Source: Aquabacterium sp. CECT 9606 | GTDB lineage: Bacteria > Pseudomonadota > Gammaproteobacteria > Burkholderiales > Burkholderiaceae_C | NCBI RefSeq assembly: GCF_918741295.1 | Contig: NZ_CAKKNB010000003.1 | Span: 652,668-684,667 of the forward strand | Length of the DNA stretch: 32,000 nucleotides | Direction: 5' to 3' | Shown here: positions 25,601 to 32,000 of the stretch, piece after piece | Position numbering within the stretch: position 1 is the first letter of the stretch | Layout of the letters: every line of letters starts with the position of its first letter | Position numbers and translations under genes: made by a program | The notes under the pieces: model-generated | The model's input: only the letters and a program-made list of their open reading frames with translations | Databases searched by the model: none | Told to the model about the DNA's origin: nothing

Positions 25601-25869
25601 GGTCGTGCTCGCTGCATCGATTCAATGAGCACATCTTGTTCAAATCTCCGCCCCTTGTCACTGGTTTTGGCCAGAGATGGATGAAGATTTTTCCATTGCA
25701 AATTCAGTGACAGTCCGTTGTCACAGCACTGTGCCGCACGCAATCCCCCGGGTCGCCGGGCTGTTGGCGGTGGCATCGCCCGGCCAGCGCTTGAACACCC
25801 CGGGCAGGCCGACCACACTGCGCCATGCCTCCCGCATTCCATCGCGGAATGCCCTCCCGACCTTGCGTC

Positions 25870-25892
25870 GGCGTCGCAGTCGTCACCTGCCT
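25870..25892 (+). repeat. Repeat box 1, copy B (GGCGTCGCAGTCGTCACCTGCCT)
   Basis: See 23155-23177. Confidence 0.8.
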
Positions 25893-25929
25893 CATCAACC
25901 GTGCTGGCCTCGCGTCAGCACCTCCTGAG

Positions 25930-25995
25930 CGGGAACCTCCTTCCCCTCGGGGTTGGACGTTCCCGCTTTTCCTTTTTGTGAAGGAGAAATCCGTG
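25930..25995 (+). promoter_or_regulatory. Repeat box 2, copy B: conserved leader ending in the RBS/start of radC
   Basis: CGGGAACCTCCTTCCCCTCGGGGTTGGACGTTCCCGCTTTTCCTTTTTGTGAAGGAGAAATCCGTG aligns with 23323-23385. Confidence 0.6.
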
Positions 25996-26574
25996 AATGT
26001 CACTCATATGTCCAACACCGAACTGGTCAGCGAACTGCTCGCTGCACCTACTCGCCTTGAATCCCCCCATGCGCCCTGTGCCTGCAACCCAGCAGCCGCC
26101 TACCGGGCCGTTGATCAGGATCTGCCCGAACTGGCTCACAAGCTCAGCGTCGCGCGTGAACTGCTGTTGCGCAAGCTGCGCGCCAAGATGCTGGAGGGGC
26201 CCATCATGGCTTCACCCAGTGCCGTTAAAGACTGGTTGTGCCTGTACTGCGCCGGATTGCAGCACGAGGTTTTCCTTGTGATGTACCTGGACTCGCAGCA
26301 GGTCCTGATTGAGGCCGAAGAGCTCTTTCGGGGCACGCTGACCCAGACCTCGGTCTACCCACGCGAAGTGGTCAAAGGCGCGCTGGCACGCAATGCAGCA
26401 GCTGTGCTGTTGGCACACAACCACCCGAGCGGCCAAGTAGACCCCAGCCCGGCAGACGAGCTCTTGACCCAGACTCTGAAATCATCTTTGATGCTGGTTG
26501 ACGTGCGCGTGCTCGACCACTTCATCGTGGGCGGTGACCGGGTCACGTCATTTGCAGAAAGGGGCTTGCTGTGA
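25993..26574 (+). CDS. radC: RadC-like JAB/MPN domain protein
   Basis: Start at GTG 25993 (6 nt after AAGGAG) or ATG 26008. EVFLVMYLDSQ...VYPREVVKGALARNAAAVLLAHNHPSG...PSPADELLT...VRVLDHFIVG contains the JAMM HNHPSG motif. Confidence 0.9.
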   Translation: MNVTHMSNTELVSELLAAPTRLESPHAPCACNPAAAYRAVDQDLPELAHKLSVARELLLRKLRAKMLEGPIMASPSAVKDWLCLYCAGLQHEVFLVMYLDSQQVLIEAEELFRGTLTQTSVYPREVVKGALARNAAAVLLAHNHPSGQVDPSPADELLTQTLKSSLMLVDVRVLDHFIVGGDRVTSFAERGLL

Positions 26575-26634
26575 TCAGTCCGTCCACCCTGGCCTGCATG
26601 GCACCGCCCTCATTCTTGCCAAGAGGAGTCCGCC

Positions 26635-26943
26635 TTGGATAACATCATCGTGACCAGGTTGTTGGAACTGGTCGAGCCTCTGGCCGCCTTGTCGATCTGC
26701 CACCTGACGGCCACCACGCGCCAGAAGCTGGCCAATGACGACCTGTCGGTCAACGTGTACCCGAACGACTATGGTGGTTTCGTCTATGTGGGCTCGCCGC
26801 CCTACACGGTGCCCGCTGAAAGCGACATGGCCATGATCTTCGAATTGGCCAGATTGGCAGGCATCGTCTGGCTCAAGTTCGACAGCGATGCGGCCATCTT
26901 GGAAGGCCTGCCCGTCTTTGACGACCTCGACCAGGGCCATTGA
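26635..26943 (+). CDS. Hypothetical protein (102 aa) immediately after radC
   Basis: TTG start behind AGAGGAG. LSICHLTATTRQKL...YGGFVYVG...IVWLKFDSDAAILEGLPVFD. A good terminator follows. Confidence 0.6.
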   Translation: MDNIIVTRLLELVEPLAALSICHLTATTRQKLANDDLSVNVYPNDYGGFVYVGSPPYTVPAESDMAMIFELARLAGIVWLKFDSDAAILEGLPVFDDLDQGH

Positions 26944-26979
26944 CACACCGACAGATACCAACAGTCCATACGCCCTCAC

Positions 26980-27014
26980 AGAGCGCCGCACCTCATGGTC
27001 GGCGCTCTTTCTTT
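26980..27014 (+). terminator. Rho-independent terminator
   Basis: AGAGCGCCG (26980-26988) pairs with CGGCGCTCT (27000-27008), followed by TTCTTT. Confidence 0.6.
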
Positions 27015-27095
27015 GGCTGCTGCATCTTTATCGTTGACCCGGTGAAGATCGTCCGTCTTCCTTGTTAACCTCGGGCCGCCAATTCTGGCCAAAAA

Positions 27096-27497
27096 ATGAA
27101 AGTACAAATCCCCATGAAGTTGCGAATCAAAGAAATCAAGGCAGACATCGAACTCAAGAACAACGGGATGGAAATTGAAGTCCGCGAAGAAAAGGAAGAC
27201 GGCGCCAGACTGGGTGACATCATCATTGCCCGCGCTGGCATCACCTGGTGCAAGGGCAAGGTCGGCGCGGCCAACGGCATCAAGCTGAGCTGGAAAGAAT
27301 TCATCGCCGCAGTCGAAGCCATCCAGCTGAGCCGCGCGCCAGCCGGCAAGAAGGCCAAGGTCGCCAAGAAGGCACCCGCTGTGAAGAAGGCCGCCAAGCC
27401 AGAAAAGACAGCCGCCAAGCCGCTGGTCTCGGTTGAGCCGGAAGCGACAACCAAAACGCCGAAGCGTCAGGCCAAGGCCAAGCCCAAGGCTGCGTAA
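27096..27497 (+). CDS. Small protein with histone-H1-like Lys/Ala/Pro-rich C-terminal tail (candidate nucleoid-associated protein)
   Basis: 133 aa. The N-terminal ~75 aa look globular (ARAGITWCKGKVGAANGIKLSWKEFIAAVEA). The tail is APAGKKAKVAKKAPAVKKAAKPEKTAAKP...PKRQAKAKPKAA. AAG/GCC codon usage supports the + strand. Confidence 0.65.
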   Translation: MKVQIPMKLRIKEIKADIELKNNGMEIEVREEKEDGARLGDIIIARAGITWCKGKVGAANGIKLSWKEFIAAVEAIQLSRAPAGKKAKVAKKAPAVKKAAKPEKTAAKPLVSVEPEATTKTPKRQAKAKPKAA

Positions 27498-27509
27498 TGT
27501 GATCGTCCG

Positions 27510-27539
27510 AGGAAGGGTTGGTTGCCCCACCCCTTCCTT
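27510..27539 (+). terminator. Possible terminator hairpin after the Lys/Ala-tail gene
   Basis: GGAAGGG (27510-27516) pairs with CCCTTCC (27530-27536), with an inner TGG/CCA extension, followed by TTT. Confidence 0.4.
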
Positions 27540-27590
27540 TGCCAGCAGGACGCACCACAAGCCATGCTCATGCCTCTTGGTGCGCCCAGG

Positions 27591-30098
27591 CTACGCTGCG
27601 GCCTGTCTCGCAGTGGCACCCTCTGATCTGGCGCCATGCTCAATGATTGAGCCATCAGAGACCATCGCATCCAGATCGATCACCACATCGGCCATGGCGG
27701 TCAACTCCGGGGTCTGCGACACGTAGAACTCGCGCCGGTAGCCACCCAGGCGCAAGACCTCGCGCTTCATGGCCATGAACATCCGCTTGCGCTCAGGATC
27801 GAGCGCGCCATCGGCCTCGTCAGAGAACAAGGTGTCGTAGCACCGGCCCGAATGCTGCGCCAGGTAGAGCGCCACAGCACGGGTCAGGCACTCGTTGACC
27901 CAGACCCGTTCGCCGCCACTCATCAGCCCGACGCTCTTGCTGTCGCCCGACTCGCCGTCATGCACCAGGATGTCGAAGCCTTCGCGCTGCTCTCCCTTGC
28001 CGGTCTCCACCAGTGTGAGGATGGACACCGTGAAGCGCGGGCCGTAGCAGGCCAGCAGCAGGTCATTGGCCAGGCCCGACAAGGCCGGTCCCGCATCATC
28101 AATGGCCAGGGCGATCAGGCCATCGTTGCTCATGCAGCGTGCGAACAGGTTCCAGGCGCCCAGGCTGTCCTCGACGCGGGACATGCGCGCCTCGATTAGC
28201 GCCCGCCGGGCCACCAGTGCTTGGGCCTGCTCCGTCAAGCCGACCAGCGTCTGGGCGTCTCGCTCAGCGACCAGATGGGACTGCTCCGCAGCCGTCACGG
28301 CCAGGCCGGAGCGGGTCAGTATCTGGGCGGCCGCTTCCAACTGAGGCGAGTCAAAGGGCGCGGGCAATGCCGCCAGCACACCATCGAGGCGATTCAGCGC
28401 GTCCCGGAAATGCTGTGCCTGCTGGGCCAACTGTTCGGTGATGTGCTGCCGTCCCGACATAATCTGCTGGCGTTCCGACTGTTCGTCGGCCGTCTCCGAC
28501 CTATGGGTGCCCTCAGGATCTGGTCCGAGGGCCGCCAGTTCCGCTTCAATCGCCAGCAAGGACGAAAGCGCTTGGTCGATCTGAACGGACTTGGCCGCCA
28601 GTATCGCAAACCGAGACGCCCGAGTCCGGGCCGCCGCCACGCGGTGCTCGGCCCAGATCAGGGCCTGCGGTGCCGATGACAACGCATCGCGCTGCTTGCG
28701 GATCGCATCAAGCTCTTGCAGCACGATGGCCTTGTCAGCCGCCAAGCCCGCAATCTGAGCCCTCGCGCTGGGAATCAGCGCCCGGGCTTCCCGGGCATCG
28801 CCCAGCAGTTTGCACTGGCCTTGCAGATCGGTGCCGACGCAAGGCACCTCGCCCACCAGGCCGAAGCGATGGGCCAACTCCTGCGCCCTGAGCACCGCCC
28901 TGCCCGCTTCCTGCTCGATGTTCGCCAGCTTTTGCATCAACAGCCGCTCAGCCCCCTGACAATGGGTCAGTTGCGCCACGCGCTGGCGACAAGCGGCGAT
29001 CCTCGCGTCACGCAAGGCCAGCATCTGCTCGGCCAGTGGCAGACGGACGCCTGCCCGCCGCACGGCATCCCTCACGGCGAGCGTCGCCAGGCAGTCGCGG
29101 CGTGATGCGGCCAGAACGGCACGCCGGTTGCGCTCTTGCGCCAACCGTGTCGTCACGCGTTGGTCAAGCCGATCAAGCCGCTGCACCTCGCCTTGCTCCT
29201 GCGTCTTGAGCGCGTTGATGGTTTGTGTGCCCGTGTCGATCAGGGCCTTGCGCTCGGTCAGCAACTGCGCGCGTCGCGCATCGGTGGACTGGGCCTGGCC
29301 CCGCTCTGCCACCAGGCGGGCGTGGTGAGACCGGTCGGCATCCAGCGCCACCTGTGCCGATTGGCGGTCGGCCAGCGCCTGCCGCACGCGGGCCGAGGCG
29401 CCATGCAAGCGCTGCTGCCCTGCAGCAATGCGTGCTTGCTCGGCGTCCAGCCCGGCCAGTTCCTGCCGGATCACCAGCAGCCCGGCCTTGAGCAGCTTGG
29501 CCGTCTCGCTGGCCTTCTGGCCCAGGGCCCGGATCTCGTCCTGGCCCAGCAGGTCGGACAACAGCGTTTTGATCTCGGCGTTGCGGTAGGTGCTGAGTTG
29601 ACGCTTGCCTTGCGCCGAGAAGACCGAGGTGAAAAAGGTGTCGGCGCTGCCGCAAATGGCTTCAACGCAACGGTCGTAGGTCTCGACCTTGCCGTCGGAC
29701 ACCAGGCCATCATCCAGGCGAACGGGCGACCATCGGCCCGCGTCATCGAGCACATGGAGGTAAGCCTCCGTCTTGCGCCGACCGTTGAGGCGGATCACCA
29801 CCTGGGAGCGATAGCAGCGGCTGCCATGTGCCCAGGTCAGGTGCTTTTCGTTCTCCGGCAGGCAGACATGGTCGTAGTAGGAAAAGCCACCAGGGCCGCC
29901 CAAGGCCGCGCGTGATGGCATCGTGAGGTAGGGATGCATGTTGTCCATCACGGTGGTTTTGCCACGCCCGTTGGCACCCGCGATGGCGATCAGTTCAGCG
30001 TCGTCGGCCAAGCGTTCAAAGTCCAGCGAGAGGACATCCCGCCCGAGGCCATTGCGGATGCCGCGAAAGCCCTTGAGGGTCAGCGATAGTGGTTGCAT
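27591..30098 (-). CDS. SbcC/Rad50-like SMC-type ATPase
   Basis: Start at MQPLSLTLKGFRG (ATG 30098, GGAG upstream), 835 aa. Walker A GANGRGKTT, Q-loop FSAQGK, a long Ala/Gln/Arg coiled coil, signature LMSGGERVW and Walker B LFSDEADGALD. At the exact midpoint sits VPCVGTDLQGQC (Cys codons at 28839-28841 and 28812-28814). Confidence 0.85.
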   Translation of the reverse strand: MQPLSLTLKGFRGIRNGLGRDVLSLDFERLADDAELIAIAGANGRGKTTVMDNMHPYLTMPSRAALGGPGGFSYYDHVCLPENEKHLTWAHGSRCYRSQVVIRLNGRRKTEAYLHVLDDAGRWSPVRLDDGLVSDGKVETYDRCVEAICGSADTFFTSVFSAQGKRQLSTYRNAEIKTLLSDLLGQDEIRALGQKASETAKLLKAGLLVIRQELAGLDAEQARIAAGQQRLHGASARVRQALADRQSAQVALDADRSHHARLVAERGQAQSTDARRAQLLTERKALIDTGTQTINALKTQEQGEVQRLDRLDQRVTTRLAQERNRRAVLAASRRDCLATLAVRDAVRRAGVRLPLAEQMLALRDARIAACRQRVAQLTHCQGAERLLMQKLANIEQEAGRAVLRAQELAHRFGLVGEVPCVGTDLQGQCKLLGDAREARALIPSARAQIAGLAADKAIVLQELDAIRKQRDALSSAPQALIWAEHRVAAARTRASRFAILAAKSVQIDQALSSLLAIEAELAALGPDPEGTHRSETADEQSERQQIMSGRQHITEQLAQQAQHFRDALNRLDGVLAALPAPFDSPQLEAAAQILTRSGLAVTAAEQSHLVAERDAQTLVGLTEQAQALVARRALIEARMSRVEDSLGAWNLFARCMSNDGLIALAIDDAGPALSGLANDLLLACYGPRFTVSILTLVETGKGEQREGFDILVHDGESGDSKSVGLMSGGERVWVNECLTRAVALYLAQHSGRCYDTLFSDEADGALDPERKRMFMAMKREVLRLGGYRREFYVSQTPELTAMADVVIDLDAMVSDGSIIEHGARSEGATARQAAA

Positions 30099-30150
30099 GG
30101 TGATGCTCCAGCGAGAGATTGATACCAGTCTCCGGCACGACCGGGCCCTG

Positions 30151-31431
30151 TCAAGCCAGGACCTCATCGGTCTGTCGAGACAGGTCCTCATCCAGCGGTG
30201 CCGACACCACCGGACAAAGCACCCGGTCGGCAATCTCAACGGGCTGAGCACTGCTCAGGTCGGCCAGACACGCCAACAAGGGCTCGCAATGAGCCTGCGT
30301 CACGTGCGCCCAAGCGGTGACCTTCTGCGCCAGACTGGTCAACTGTGAAATGCCCGCCGCACGCGTTCGCATGACAGGCACGATGCGCCCCTCCAGCTTG
30401 ATGTCCACCGCATCGGCCAGCGCTTGCTGGATGGCCTCGCGGTTGACCCCATGCCGATCCTCGTCCGCCACGGTCCACCGCACCCGCACATGCGCCCCGG
30501 CAATGCTCTGCTCGACGATGGCCTTGCGCAGCGCGTCTAGGTCGGGCTTGCCTTCGAAGAAGATGTCCACCGTTCGGCGAGCAGGCGTTGCATGCAGGGT
30601 GCTGAGTGCCGACGCGGCATCCACCTCCCACAGCAGGAAGCCCTTCTCTCCATCCTCCCCATGGTGGAAGCGACCAATGGAGCCCGCGTAGGCAATGCGC
30701 TGTCGCCCTGCTCGGCTTTCACCATCCCAGACCTGATTCCGATGGATGTGCCCCAACAGGAAGGCCTGGGCCTCTGCGCCGAACAACGCACCCGTCGTGA
30801 ACTCATGATCGAACCCAGCCATTGGCACGCCATGCTCGCTGAGGCAGCCAAACACCGTGCCATGCGACACACCGATGGACGGCACACCCAGCGCCTTGGC
30901 CCTTCGATGGTTGGGCGCCAAGCCTGCGAGCAAGGCCGACAGTTGCTCGCCCACGGCCTCGGCCGCAGCGCAGGCCCCGACCGTGACCGCCACAGCCGCC
31001 TTATTCACCGTGGGAATGCAACTGAACAAGGCCAGCATGCCCTGGGGTAATCCGTCGAACGCCCAACCGCTGGATGCCTGCCACCGGCCCTGCGGCATCA
31101 AGCCGACCTGCCCGATCCGGTCTGCGACATGCACGGGATAGCGGCCACCCAGCAGCTTGAAGATGGATAAGGTGCCGGGCGGCTCATGCGAGAACGTGCC
31201 TTGCAACATCAGCACGGGGCAGTGATCGGCCAGCCGCCGTACCTGCGCGACCAAGCGTTCAGCAGCGGGCGAGTGCAGGTCCAGCGCGTGGTCGGTTGAG
31301 TCGCCCGACAGCACGGCGGCCTGCACGCCCAGTGCGATGGCCTGGTCGATGGCCGCACCGAAGCAGCGGTCGGCCTCGGCCAGGTTCTTGGGTCCGTAGT
31401 GCAGGTCGGAGAAATGGGCGATGCGGATCAT
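30151..31431 (-). CDS. SbcD/Mre11-like calcineurin-fold metallophosphoesterase
   Basis: 426 aa with RBS AGGAGA. Motifs are IAHFSDLHYG (DxH), VLSGDSTDH (GDxxDH), GVSHGTV and LLGHIHRNQ (GHxH). The GNHE motif is replaced by QGTFSHE. ATGA overlap with the upstream gene. Confidence 0.85.
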   Translation of the reverse strand: MIRIAHFSDLHYGPKNLAEADRCFGAAIDQAIALGVQAAVLSGDSTDHALDLHSPAAERLVAQVRRLADHCPVLMLQGTFSHEPPGTLSIFKLLGGRYPVHVADRIGQVGLMPQGRWQASSGWAFDGLPQGMLALFSCIPTVNKAAVAVTVGACAAAEAVGEQLSALLAGLAPNHRRAKALGVPSIGVSHGTVFGCLSEHGVPMAGFDHEFTTGALFGAEAQAFLLGHIHRNQVWDGESRAGRQRIAYAGSIGRFHHGEDGEKGFLLWEVDAASALSTLHATPARRTVDIFFEGKPDLDALRKAIVEQSIAGAHVRVRWTVADEDRHGVNREAIQQALADAVDIKLEGRIVPVMRTRAAGISQLTSLAQKVTAWAHVTQAHCEPLLACLADLSSAQPVEIADRVLCPVVSAPLDEDLSRQTDEVLA

Positions 31432-32000
31432 GGCCGTTCTCCTGCTCGGGTCAGGTGCAGTTCGCTCTCGATCTTGTCGAGGTAGCCCTGCGGGTCATTG
31501 CAGTAACGCTCCAGTTCATCCCATGCCCGGCGTCGGCCATGGGGGTTGATCTTCCAGCCCAGGCCCCAGCGTTGATCGGCGTATGCCAGGTACTGGTCGG
31601 GCGCGATCTCATAGTCCTGCGCCCTGGCCAGCAACTTGTCCAGGTTGGGCTCGCCCTCCTTCATGCGCACTTCAACCGGCGCCACCTGCGTGGCAGGTTG
31701 ATCCGGGCCGCTGCCCGCATCCAGGCTCGCGCGGGGCAAACCTTCCAGCACCTGACTGGCCAGTTGGGCATGAACGATGGTGGTGTCCTCGTCCTCCCTG
31801 TCACGCAGGAGCGCGGTCACATCGACCGGGGCTTCCAGTTCGATGATCCACTGGGAGACGCGGGTCGGCTGGCCGTTTTCGTCGATGTGCGCCACGTCCA
31901 TCAAGCGTTTGGTCAAGTAGAACGGCGTGCGCTCTCGGTCCAGGAAGCCGGAGATGCGGCCACCTCGCAAAAAGCCGATGGTTTCGAACCGCTGGATCGC
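31428..32000 (-). CDS. Unknown protein, first visible gene of the SbcCD-like operon (partial, open at right edge)
   Basis: The reading frame is open from the window edge (...AIQRFETIGFLRGGRISGFLDRERTPFYLTK...) to TGA at 31428. It has an acidic, Pro-rich linker and the C-terminal YADQRWGLGWKINPHGRRRAWDELERY. I recognise no family. Confidence 0.6.
   Translation of the reverse strand, partial: AIQRFETIGFLRGGRISGFLDRERTPFYLTKRLMDVAHIDENGQPTRVSQWIIELEAPVDVTALLRDREDEDTTIVHAQLASQVLEGLPRASLDAGSGPDQPATQVAPVEVRMKEGEPNLDKLLARAQDYEIAPDQYLAYADQRWGLGWKINPHGRRRAWDELERYCNDPQGYLDKIESELHLTRAGERP

Noticed and set aside
25825-25992. 56-codon upstream extension of radC
   Set aside because: It covers the repeated non-coding leader (boxes 1 and 2). 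AAGGAG followed by GTG/ATG marks the real start, giving a normal-length RadC.
26976-27560. 194-aa and 129-aa minus-strand ORFs opposite the Lys/Ala-tail gene
   Set aside because: They are low-complexity Leu/Gly/Ala/Arg products generated by the complement of AAG/GCC repeats, with no start context.
30099-30251. 51-codon N-terminal extension of the SbcC-like ORF that overlaps the SbcD-like gene end
   Set aside because: The extension is Arg/Cys/Trp-rich. MQPLSLTLKGFRG (with GGAG upstream) is the canonical Rad50/SbcC N-terminal beta-strand preceding the Walker A.
27852-31141. Many 60-260-aa ORFs on both strands inside the SbcC-like and SbcD-like genes (for example 29136-29915 +, 29173-29655 -)
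   Set aside because: These are high-GC shadow ORFs. The two long minus-strand frames carry complete ABC-ATPase and phosphoesterase motif sets.
1-32000. A search by eye for CRISPR arrays, tRNA/rRNA genes and integrase genes
   Set aside because: I saw no regularly spaced direct repeats, no tRNA-like T-loop/acceptor pattern (for example GGTTCGAATCC...CCA) and no tyrosine or serine recombinase motifs. The absence should be confirmed with tRNAscan-SE, Infernal and CRISPR finders.

Overview
The window looks like proteobacterial accessory DNA (Burkholderiales-like, judged only from the flavour of the proteins) and falls into three blocks. Block 1 (1-413) is the end of an IS5-family element that runs off the left edge. 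Block 2 (~420-22.9 kb) is a hydrocarbon-oxidation-type island. Its core is a minus-strand seven-gene operon for a divergent copper membrane monooxygenase (xmoC-xmoA-xmoB, homologous to pmo/amoCAB). These are followed by a PmoD-like periplasmic protein, CopC, a CopD-cytochrome c-thioredoxin-fold fusion and a His-rich secreted protein, then a porin and a small binding-protein-like gene. The flanking genes would carry an alcohol to an acyl-CoA: an AlkJ-like GMC dehydrogenase, an AlkH-like aldehyde dehydrogenase, an acyl-CoA synthetase, two PaaI thioesterases, a MaoC hydratase pair and an alpha/beta hydrolase. The block also holds decayed genes (a multiply broken SCP2-type thiolase and an SDR remnant) and an outer-membrane channel gene split by an intact IS5-group element with a TTAG target duplication. 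Block 3 (~22.9-32 kb) is visibly more GC-rich and resembles ICE or prophage DNA. It carries co-directional small unknown ORFs, two of them behind a repeated structured leader, plus RadC/JAB, a protein with a histone-H1-like Lys/Ala tail, and a minus-strand operon (unknown gene, SbcD/Mre11-like, SbcC/Rad50-like) that runs off the right edge. I found no rRNA, tRNA or CRISPR array by eye. The best candidates for new biology are the self-contained CuMMO module in an alk-like context and the element-borne noncanonical SbcCD-like operon with its neighbouring leading-region-like gene array. All homology calls come from motif recognition by eye. No database search or numerical computation was possible.
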